Assembly: GCA_021432655.1 (NCBI GenBank)
Contig: MU271346.1
Location: forward strand, 1 to 64,000
Length of the DNA stretch: 64,000 bases
Reading direction: 5' to 3'
Source: Atractiella rhizophila
Taxonomy: Eukaryota
The notes beneath the pieces are model-generated. The model did no database searches. It was not told the DNA's origin and saw only the letters and a program-made list of their open reading frames with translations. Positions 25,067 to 36,227 of this stretch are shown one piece after another (the first letter of the stretch is position 1; every line of letters begins with the position of its first letter). A program made the position numbers and the translations under genes.

Positions 25067-26101
25067 GATCGAGCTGACTGTTGTAGTCTTTTAAGGAATG
25101 AAGAAAGGAAAGCTAGGGAAACGCTGGAATAAAGAAAATCAAGGATAGTAAGCTGATTCCAGCCAGATGCAACATCATCTCTTTTATATGACGACCAGCG
25201 CCGTTTGCCGACGATATTCCTTACCACATTGCTCCTCGCTTTGAGGACTCTTACGTGGGCAAAGCATGCCTACTTCAAGAGATGGTGAAAAAGGCATCCA
25301 AGGCCTGAAACAAACATCGCATAAATTGACGCCGTCACGTTTCGGGTGTGCAACCAACCGCGCACAAATGCTGCCCAGTGGTTAGTTGGTGGGCAAATTC
25401 GGGCATGTAATATCACTGCGTATGTATGAACAGCGGCACCCGAGTCCTTGATGAGAGGATCCCATCCTGGAAGACATCTTGGTTTTCATACCGCGGGGTG
25501 ATGTGGCAGCCGACTCAACCGAAAGAATTACGGCCTCAAGTAAAGACGACTGTGTAATCTCTGTCATCTAACTAACCCCCGTTAGGTGGATCATTCGCCA
25601 AGTCAACATGAACATCCAGTTTCTGTTGGTGTTGGTAGATTAGCCAGCGGCCGGAAATTTTGTTGTCACGTGAGACCTTCAAACCTTGATTTTGCACATG
25701 ACACCGTGGCCGTGCAAACTCAAACCAACTGGTTATTTCTGCGACTCCAAAGGCAAACAATGAACGTCACTGAACTTTAGTACGTCTGAGAGCCCACTAC
25801 ACTTGTAGAGTTCTTCATCGAACCGTCCTCCCAGTGGCATCAACAACTTTTTGTCTATTAGTCGATTCTTGAGAAGATTTACCATGAGGCAAGAAATGCG
25901 TTACAGCTTAAGAATCTCCCATTCCGCGATATGAAGCTGGCCTGCACCATAGTAAATCTTTTACGCCTGCTGTGCACCTTTCGAGCAGCAGAGTCAAGAA
26001 CTAGATATTTACAGCTTGATATCTTCAATCTTATGTAGCCTACAATTACAACAAGCCATCCAAAGGAATACTGTCTACTGAAAACCAAATAGTCCAGAGT
26101 G

Positions 26102-29100
26102 CTATTCATTCTCCTCTTCCTCTTCCTCTTCATCTTCTTCTCGCCCTTCCTCATCAGTAGGTACCTTTTGGTATCCTGACCTTCTCCATTTAATCCACAG
26201 CACAACACTCCAGACAACGACGGCGAGCAGCATGACTGCTACAATAACCCACACCACGATCCAACCCCATCTCCAAAACCATCCAGGACGATAGGGAATA
26301 AGGACTGTATCGATTTCGATGGCACCTCCCACATTCCCTTTCCCCGTTGTCCTTCCAAAGTTGGTTATCCTCGCCCAATCATCTTCCTTATCATCCCCCC
26401 TCGCATTCTTTATGCCGACAAGCCAGTTCCCTCCCCAGTTCCGGAACGCGAGTTTGCCATACTTGTCCTTCCCCTCCTGACTCAGAAGGGTTTCGAAAGT
26501 GGATTGGTCGAGGCTGCCGAGGGGGAAGGACTGGGAAGAGTCATCGTTTATGGGAATGTTGGTTTGAGGTGGGATAATGTGTAGTCGGACAAGGGCAATG
26601 AGTGCAGGCTCATCCTCGAGGTAACGTGTCAGGTTGATACGCGAGAATGCTTTGTCGGTGGGGCAAAGAATGGTGTAGGAAGATGCGTTGAGGGCTGAAC
26701 TGGAGTCGGAATCCCCAAGAATCCACGTCATGTTGACGCGCCGGATGAGGTCTTCCATAGTCGTCGCTTTTGCTCCTTGTAGCAATTTTCTATTGTTGAT
26801 CGTAACCTGCGATATCATTCAGCGTCAGTCTCCTAAGGAAAAGTGAGGGAAACTAGCAGGTGCTGGGAGCTCAATGCGATCCACGATATGCATGACGCCT
26901 GTCTGTGTAAGATAATCTCCCGCAACGACAGTGGCATTGCGTTCGCCCCAAAAGATCGTCCTATTATTCGACCCTTCTCCTTTCCCAATCAAAACTCGTT
27001 CCGCCGATTCCGTATGATCACCCGACCTGCCAACAAAATGAGATGGAAGAAACCTCGTAGGTGGAGCGGAGCAAACCTCAAGAGGGTCTCCCATCGCTGC
27101 TTCTCCTCACTCGATCCAAAATCTTTCATCAAAGCCACTTCGTTCACGGCCAGATATTGGATGACCTTTCGCAGGTCAGCCTTCCCGCCATCTGTCATGA
27201 GATATCTCTCAGTAAGGCCGAGCTTTTCGAAAGCTTCGTTCGTCGGAGCGAACCAAGTGACTCCAGGCGCGAGGGAAGTGGAATTGCTGTCTAGGTTGTT
27301 GTATCGGAAGACGGAAGGAAGGCTTGGGGGAAGGGAGACTGGACTTTGGGTATCGACAGCGTACAGTGCGGCGACAAAGGTTGAGAGGTGGAAGGGAGAC
27401 GCGGAGAGTGCAACGGAAATGGGGGGCGGGGGCAAGGAGAGAACTCGAGATAAGATGTAAATGATCGAGTTGCCGACCTCCACTGAACGGGTTATGTTAG
27501 CGGATCTCAGAAAGGAATTCTCAAACTTGAACTCACCAGGCTTTCCCACTATACTGACCCCGTTGAAGCTGCTCACCGTCGCTTTCCCTTTCGTCACAGT
27601 CAGTGCATCATCATCACCACCCTTCTTCCCCTTCCCCTTCGACTCGGTCAAAAGCGCCACTTCAAGCCTCTGTCTTCCACCCCTCAAATCCATCGTCTTC
27701 ATCTCCGACTCCACAATCACCACCTTCGCATCCTCCCCCTCCTCGCTATGGACCCACTCATCTGCACGTCGTGCGAGTTCATCCGCTGTAAGCTTTCCGG
27801 GTAGGACGTGGTACTGCAACACATCCTTCAACTCCGCTTCCAAGGAACTACCTCGTCGGAGCATAGCTTCCAATCGAATGAGGTCGGGGACGTCATCTCG
27901 CGGCGCAAGAATGGTCCATGACTCTGTATCGTCCTCGTCTTCGTGTCGAGAGTTGATATAATGCGACAGATCGGCTTCTTTCAGTAACGAGACGAAACGG
28001 GTGGCGTTGAGAGCGCCTACGAGGTACTTCTCCGGTGTGAGGTCGAAGAATTTTTGGGGGACGAGTAAGGAGGGGAGAGTGTGCAGGACGCCTAGAGAGA
28101 GGATTAGTGAGGTCATAGAGCGTAGAGAACGAACCATTGGATGCAAAGACGTCTCCACGTTCGAGCTTGGTCCCATTCACAGCGACGTCCCCGTCTTCAG
28201 TCAAAGCAATTTCGAGAGACGCGTTGTTTAGTGTGTGTGCGACTGAATTGATGGTTAGCGCCGGTGCGAGACGAGCAAAAGGACATCACACGCCATTCGA
28301 CTTCAGGAGACGGTTCAAGTAACCTATGCGATCTGTTCCGTTCGATGAGGCAGTATGAAAGCGGGCGAGGTCGAGGACTTCTTCTCCGGAGTAGTTGGAG
28401 CGGAGGTAGGTCCTAGTGAGGAATGAGATGAGGGTATTTGTTATGTTAGGAAAGTAGCGCACATTTCGAGCTCGCCAACTCGATCGAAAGCGGCGTTGGT
28501 TGGAGCGAACACTGTCAGATGAGGATCTGCTTCGAATGCTTCGGCAACTTCAGCTGGGAGCAGAGATCGAAAGGTCGATAGAGACGCGTCTTCCTTGATT
28601 ATATCGTCTGCAAAATAATGTCAGCAGCAATTCGCGTTGCTATTGAGATAGACGAAAAACAGTATTTCTGTAATAAAATTAACACAAATTGAAGATTGTT
28701 TAGGCTGTGGTAGGTTCTAGTATTCAATCGTTATACAAGTACGAAGTGCAGGCTCCCTCTTTCTCTTCGAGAAAAGAAATCACTTCCTTTCGTCTCGAAA
28801 GCGCCAACAGCGAACTTGTGAAGTATGTCTACTTCACACCCAAAAAAAGAGCAAAAGAAGGAAAGAAACGCGTCCATCTCGTCCCAGAACGCGTAAAATG
28901 AAAGGGAACGCACCCAAGCTGGCAGGTGGCCTCACCCACTTCTCCACAGCGCGCACACTCAACGTTCCATTCCCTCTGGGACTTTCCATGCACACTCCTC
29001 CTCCCCCACTCCCACTTTCCTTCCCACCGTCACCCACTTCACAGGGAAGGGAAGGAGGTTGACCCCTCCCTCGCCTTTCCAATCCGTGCCAATAGCTACT

Positions 29101-29783
29101 CCACCTCCTTCTTTATGGAAGGACGGAGAGGAGGGAGAGAAAGCTAGACGGAGCTTCTGAGGTTCGCCGTCGAGGAGGGGGAGGGAGTCGGTGAATGAAG
29201 GGGTGGGGAAGAGGTGGGTTGGGAGGCGGAGGAGGGGAGGGGAGGGAGGAAGGAGGGAGAGGGAGGTGAGGTTGCGGTAGGGGATGAGGTGGTAGAGGAG
29301 TGCTTGCCGGAGGGTGAACTTTATGTTGTCCCTTCCCTTTCCATCTTCCTCATTGTCCTCACTGTCCACGCTATCATCGCTATCGCTACTATCCAGATAA
29401 GCTTCTACGTCCTCCCACGTTCCTCCCTCAATTGAATAGCTCGAATACCTCGGATATCCTACTACGACTTGTATCAGATCATCCCACGCCTGGTTGGTCG
29501 GCGCAAAGAAGGTGTGGTTCTTGAGCCCGTTGAAGTAGGGAATGAGACGGGTGCGCTGGAGGAGGGAGAGCGTGCGGGAGTAGAGGGTCGGATGGAGGGA
29601 GAGCAGCGAGGGGATGGTGTTGAAGTGTTCTGTCCTAACTCCTCCTCCTCCATTTTGTCCATCTGTAATGCCAACTTCTGTGGTGGTAGTGGTAAGGGGA
29701 TACTGTGCTGGGATGGGAGGTGGGATGGGGAAGGGGTGTTGGACAGCGGAGGTGAGGAGGAAGAGTAAGGGGAGGAACAGCAT
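26102..29783 (-). CDS. Multi-fasciclin (FAS1) domain membrane protein; apparent 1-nt frameshift near 28973
   Basis: Signal peptide; repeated FAS1 motifs HTFFAPTNQAW, LTVFAPTNAAF, WTILAPRDD, TWFAPTNEAF, YTILCPTDKAF with LLYH/LQYH and NG-x-H motifs; C-terminal TM helix and acidic tail. Confidence 0.88.
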
Positions 29784-30045
29784 CCTCTGGGGTATACTAA
29801 TGTGCTGTGAAGTGCTACTGGGTGATGTTATGCCAGAGAAGAGTGTTGGGGAGTGATGAAGTCATGCAGCTTCAGTGGGGTCCAAGTGTTGTTCAAGAGG
29901 CGGGTGGTGAGTCATTTCGCCACAAACACGCCACACGAGTAACACCACAAGTCAACAAAACAACGTTATTAGCAGCTTAACAGGTGGCCAGGGCAGAAAG
30001 ATAAAGAAAAGGCAGAGGAAAGGAGGAGAGAGAAGGAAGGAGAAG

Positions 30046-31845
30046 ATGCCACCCACGCCAACAGCTCACAAACGCGCCGTATCCTTTCCCTATCCACCGC
30101 CGTCCCAGCAGCATGTAGCCATCCCAAACCCCAATCCGGTCTCTATTTCAAAGGTCGAGAGACTCTCCAAAGTCTGTGTTCGGTTTTATTTTCATAGATA
30201 GGTGGCGTTTAACAAGGCACTGCGGTGGACATAGATATCGAAGGCTTTCCAGACTCGCTTGCAGTATGCTAGGGTCAAGATTGAGAATGGCTGGGAGGGA
30301 AAGAACGTGATGGAGATCGAGGGCTTGCTGGAGGAGAGAAGGAGGAACCAGGAGGAGGTAGAAAGTCAGCTTCAGCCTCAACTTGAGGTGAATGTAAGTT
30401 ACTCTTTTCATTATCGGGTATTAGGCCTGCTATCGACTCTGTTGTTGTCCTTATCTCCCGTTCCAGGTTGAATAAAACTTCTGCGGGAGAAACCCTCATG
30501 AGGCAGGAGGTTTTTACTGGAGGAGCCATCATGTTGAAGAAAGAAAACTGACTTCTCGGTGCACAGGAACAGGTCGTCGCGGATGTTCCGAAGACTCGAA
30601 CCACACGAGAAGCAGAAGGAAGAGAGGGGAGCAAAGAAGTAAACGTAGATGGAGGAGGAACTCGACTAAAATCGAAACCCACAAACTACAAACTACGAAG
30701 CCTTTTGGGCATCCATGTCCAAATCGGCCTCCACATCGGCCTCCACCTCCAACCCACCCCCAAATGCCTCCACCTCAACGTCCTCCAACGTGCCCTCATC
30801 ATCTATCCCACATCATTTCCTCTCTCCTCGCGCGGCACCAACTCAGCCTCCAGTCGTAGGCACCGGCAATACATATCCCCTCCATCCTCCCGCCCCCATT
30901 CCTTATGCGCTCCGTGCCAAGCGCGCTCAACTCCTCACACTGCCATCCCCTTCCTCCTCTCTCTCCTCTCGTCCTTCTCACCCCACAACATCGGCATCGA
31001 CATTACATCGACCAGCTTCCAACGTGTCCGTCGTCCCTGTAACAGTTTCTCGTGAGGATGATTCTAGAGATGCAACTGGGAGGAAGAAAGGTCCAGGAAT
31101 GGAGCCCACCGCTGTGCTTGGTATGGAGGGAGAGGGAAGAGAGGAGGAAGAGGAAGAGGAATCTCGATCCGACAACGGCTCGTCCATCAACGACAACGAC
31201 AAGAGAGCAACAGCCCCATTCCCTGGAAGCTCTCAGGACTCGAACGCGTCTACACAACCCGATACTGACGACCCTTCCACCCCTGTCTCCGCCACACCAC
31301 GTCGCTCAGTCGCTAACAGCAATGCAAACCATTCCGTCGCCAGCGTGAGGAAAGAACCTTCCTTGCCCTCCAGCGTACTCTCCAAACAACCCAGCCTGCC
31401 CTCGAGTGTGTTATCGAAACAACCGTCCTACCTTTCTTCCTCCGCCTACTCTGGCGGCACAGGAGAAGGAGGGACCCCAGACGCAAGTGGAAGTGGAAGC
31501 GGAAGCCTGAGCGGAGGAGGGATCTCGAGGGAACCATCGTACCTCCTCCCCCTCATAAGCTCCCATCACCCCCTATCCGCCTCCACCTCCTTCTCTCGCT
31601 CAATGCTTCAACCCCTCCAGTCCACAGACTCGACCGCAACCCTCATCGCTGGAGTCCCTGGCGGTGGTGGTGGATCGAGAGTGGCAGGATCGGGAGTTGG
31701 CTCTCTTGGTTTGGGGATGGGGAGGGACGATTCGCTGGTTGGAATGGGCGGAATGGGAGCGGGGAGGATGATGAGCCTTGGCGAGCTCGATGGGCTGGAT
31801 TGGGGTGGAGGTGGGAAAAGTACCACAGACGTGAGTCGTCTGTGA
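30046..31845 (+). CDS. Whi5/Nrm1-like domain protein, otherwise low-complexity
   Basis: Exon 2 reads ISKAFQTRLQYARVKIENGWEGKNVMEIEGLL, resembling the Whi5-like motif; long S/P/G-rich final exon. Confidence 0.65.
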
Positions 31846-32234
31846 TTAGTGCCAAGTATAGTCTTGAGTGCGCTTTATGTTTGTGGTATGTAGAATGTGG
31901 CATTCGGGCTTCTCTTTGTGCATTTGTTTCAGGGATTTTTCTTATTTCACAACGATGTTCAGGATGGACGGATGGATGAATTGGATTGCTGTGAAAGGAA
32001 GAATGTGTATTTGTGTCCCCTCTACCGTAGCACATCGTACGAGAGTAATCGCGTAATCTCTGTTGGTTCTCATGCGTCTTTCTATATCGCTGCTTTCTCA
32101 CGCTCCATGATTATCTTTCCCGACTGTAGCATCGTCGAAGTCATGACATTGTCAGTGATGAGACCCAGATCATAAACACATTTCATTGACAGCGTCGTAA
32201 TCCATCCTGCATGGATGTTGAGGTATGTAATGGT

Positions 32235-34631
32235 CTAGTTGACATATCTGCGGGCTGTGTTAGTATGGAAAGAAGGAGCAAGAAGCAAGCTTACCTATAC
32301 CCACTCCATTGATCGCCCTTTTGAATTTTACAATCCTCTAAAGTAGGATACCACTCCTTGCCATCATTAGGGTTCTCCCCACCGACTATTCCCAAAGAAA
32401 GGTCAGCAAAGTAATGGAGAAAAACGGGAGCGACGAACTTCTCTCATCCCTCTCTCCCCGCTCCCTCTTCGCGTTTTCTCGTTTCAAACCAAAATAAAAG
32501 ATGAGGGAGGACACGAAACCGATGGCGATGTAGATGAGCACGATGCCATGTCCCAGTCGGTAATGAGGCGAATCTGTGTTCATCGAGCCGGATCAGCCAT
32601 GCATGTACAGTTGCATCAGCAGAGTGGAGAGACGAACCTTTTTTGCGATATACATTCGAGCTGACAGCACCTGACCTCCCAATTTGTCAGGAGGTCGAGG
32701 ATGGGAAGAGAAAGCTCACCGTTTAGGTTTCCCCAACTGATCACTGCTCCCAGCGTCACACCACGCTTGTAACTCCCTTCCACTGTTCCCGATACCCAAC
32801 TGATCGTATTCGGGATCAGGGGGTAGATGCCACTGGCTGCGAGGTAGATGGCAAAGTACGACAGAGCTAGCATCAATGTGTAAGTAACATCAGCGACTTG
32901 TCAATGGCAGAAGAGGAGGTTACGGAAGCCGCACCTGGAGAGGTGGAAGCGATGAGGATGATGTATCCTGCCATGCCAACGCAGAGGAAAGCGAGGTTGA
33001 AAATTGCCCTCTTCTTCAATCGATCAGCCGCAAAACCAACGCCGACAGTAAGGATGCAAGCCCAGGCATAGATCCTGATCCGATCCACGCCGTGAACGTC
33101 AGTCTCTACACTTCTTCGGACAAAAGAGACGAACGGGACGGAGATCAAGTTCGCCTCTGTCGCAGAGTAGTTCGAATCTACCGTTCGTCATCAGGAGCCA
33201 TCCCTTCTACAACAATTGAAGGAGAGACGAACTGAGCGAGCGAATGATAGTCGGCGTGAACAGGGCAAAAGCGTAAAGGGGACCATCGACGCCCATATAC
33301 ATCCCCACTTACCCCCATCAACCATCAGCGTTGGCATGGCCAAACGTATCAAGAAAAGCGGAACCCACTGCCAACATAGGTCTTCCAGTCCGTGAAACTC
33401 TGCCACACACTGCTCCACCTGAATCCCTCTCCAGCAGCAGAGAATTGCTGGTCGGCCTGCAAACGATGGATGACCAAAGCACCTATCGATACCAACAGTT
33501 AAGTGAGTTTCAGAAGGATGGACAAGTAAGAAAGCTCACGCTCTTCCTCAGTCAAGAATTTTGCCGTATCTGGAAAATCCACCAACACAATGTAAGCGAG
33601 CAGGGAGACGACGACCGTCGCCAAGCCTTCAATGATAAAGATCCACTATTCATTCAACAGATCACCGTTAGCATCCTTAACGTGCAGGAAGCGATAGAAG
33701 GGACTCACCGCCCAGGCTGGTTTACCGCCAACCCCATCCATGTTCTGATCCAGCGTTTGACCTGCTCAGTTGCTTGTGAAATGGAAAGAAGTGGGCATAC
33801 GTGGATTGCAGCGGCAAGAAGACCACCAAAGGCACCTAGTTCCGTGAACTACTTAGCATTCGCTTGCAGGAAAAGCAAAGGCGCAAACCGGATACTGTAG
33901 CGGCAGAGAAGAAGAGAGAGGCGCGTAAACCAAACTCGTCTCTCTTATACCTTCATTGCGAGCCGTCAGACATGCGGGTCAGCATGGGAATAAGAGGAGA
34001 ACGCGCACCAGCAGGAGAGATAGTAGTTCACGCCAGGAAAGAGGCCTGCTTCTGTCATTCCCAGGAACCACCTCGCCGTCAATAATCTGTTCCAACCGCG
34101 TTAAAGGTTAATGTAGAACAAGCTAAGAGGGCGAATTGAAGACAGACCCTGAATAATCATGCACTAATCCCTGGACCAACATGCAAATGCCCCAGGCGAC
34201 GAGGATGAGGGAAAACCATATGGAAGGACGAAGGCGTTTAAGGAAAATATTCGACGGGACTTCAAAGATGGAGTAGGAGAAGAAGAAGATGGTGAGGCAG
34301 AGGAGGTATTGATTGTCTGACAGGTCCAAATCCTTTTCTGCCGTGTACATGTCAGGTAAACGTACCACCTGGAAAAACACCTCGATAGGAGAGGAGACGA
34401 ACGCAAATCATACAACCTGGCGTTCCCGATGGCTGTCCTATCCAGAAAGCTCAAGAGGTAGAGGAGCGAGAGAACAGGCAGCAGTCTCCAGTCGATCTTG
34501 CGGATCAGAGCCTTTTCGTCTACCTTCGAGAAGTCCACAGCAGAGGCATCAAAGTGCTGATCGACTTCTCTGGTGTGTACTCGAGAGGGGTGCTCTTTGA
34601 GATCGAGCGAAGGCTGTTTCTCGTCTGACAT
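32235..34631 (-). CDS. MFS transporter, allantoate/nicotinate permease (Dal5/Tna1-like) family
   Basis: LIRKIDWRLLPVLSLLYLLSFLDRTAIGNAR, FEVPSNIFLKRLRPSIW, WIFIIEG, KRGVTLG and terminal GDQWSGYRYVN; many short introns. Confidence 0.93.
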
Positions 34632-35075
34632 GGCTTCAAATTTCGTGGGCGAGCGAGACACAGAGTGGCCGAGCGAAAGCTCTTCAGCACCGACCGTCGC
34701 TCTTATATGATTGAGAAAGACGTACGATCAAGCTCTGCCGACAGAAAGGTTACGTTGGAAGAAACTTTATGAAAACTTGAAGAAAAGGCGGGGTCTTAAT
34801 GCATGCATTAAAGCAACGTCCGCGTGGGCAGCGAGAGGCGCTACAAGATGGTTAGCGTGACGAGTAGCTCGGGGTGGGGAAGGGAAATCAAGGCTTACTT
34901 GCTCGCCTCCATGTCGGTGATGGCGTCTTCAGCCTTCTGTCCAGCGCTCTCAGGTGACGGGTGAGTGAGAAATGACAGCTTCACGTTCGCTTCTCTGAGT
35001 ACTGCATCGTCTCGTACTAAGTTCACCAACCGTATACAGTCACTATACTTTCACCCAGTCCCTGCGTAAAGAAAT

Positions 35076-35152
35076 GGATAAGTTGCATAAGTTAAGGATA
35101 AGCATAAGTTAAGGATAAGTTAGGGATAAATGAGTGGAGCTGCATGACTCAT
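35076..35152. promoter_or_regulatory. GATAAG array plus ATGACTCAT (Gcn4/AP-1 consensus) upstream of the MFS permease
   Basis: GATAA at 35077, 35097, 35114 and 35125 within a direct repeat GCATAAGTTAAGGATAAG x2; ATGACTCAT at 35144-35152. Confidence 0.6.
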
Positions 35153-36227
35153 GACGCTAACTATTTGAAACGTCACACAATCGTTATCTATCTACTCCTG
35201 TGCTCCAGTTGATACGGACCAGCTTCTACGAGCATGGCTACAAGGACCTCTTCAAATGGACGAACAACCATCGACTCCGTTCCTGCTCGCTCCCCGTCCC
35301 TCCACCCAGGTCTCCCAGTGTATCTCCCACCTTCCAGCTTGGTCAGAGCCTGAGGTGTACCTACCTCCTTACCATAGTGAGGATGGAAAGCGCCTCGACG
35401 AGCCATTCGACCTGTCGGTCCCTCGTTTGCATGTGAGAGAGCATCGAGCTTTGGAGCTTTGGAAGCTATCCATTGAACTTCTCAAACATCCTTTACTGTT
35501 GTCTCTCACAAAACATTTTATTGCTGCCCAACGGCCATCCACATTCGCGTTCTAGGATCTTTCGGACTATCGCTGCACTCCTCTCCTAGTTTCCCGTTTT
35601 GCTCGCTACCATTCACCTCATCTGCGAACAAGGCTTTCTGCAAACTCTCTTGTGGCTTCGTCACCAGCTACATCATTCATACTGCTTGTCCAATTCAAAA
35701 TCTATCCTGCTACCGATGAGAAGACGAGGAGCAAGGTGAAGATGCTGCGACTTCTCAATTCTTCAGGCTCTGTTGTCTAATGACAGCCAAATCAATAGCA
35801 GACTCCCGTCTTACGTCGCCAGAGGTTGTCTAACGGTCGCAGTAGCAACGAAGTAGAGTCTCGCCTTGAGTGCGACATTCACTATCTGTCTCTCTCCGAG
35901 GTATCTTTGCTGTTAGGTCAGACCCGGTTTGCACATAAGTCGAATCAGCACTGTTTTCCATCCAATAGGCGCTTTTTTGTTGCGCCATTCGCTCGCTAAT
36001 TATCGTTACCTCTCTTCACCTCGATGTGGCCACCTAACTTGACACCCCAGTTGAATAATCGAATTGAGTGTGTTACGTCGGTCGTTCCCGTCTTTCTCAT
36101 CCGTTGTTTGTGTCGTCGGGTGGGGAATGGTTTGCGCTTAAGAACGTTCCAACGGTCCAAGTCGCTCCTGGAAAAGTGTGAGGAACCGTCCTGCACTTGT
36201 GATTATCCCTAATTGCACAATTGCACC

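Noticed and set aside
29130..29300. G-rich tracts resembling G-quadruplex motifs
   Set aside because: Explained by Pro/Ser/Leu codons (CCN/TCC/CTC) of the fasciclin gene on the opposite strand.
35188..35800. Coding-like fragments upstream of the dynamin gene
   Set aside because: Broken frames with no identifiable family; possibly a pseudogene but not supportable.
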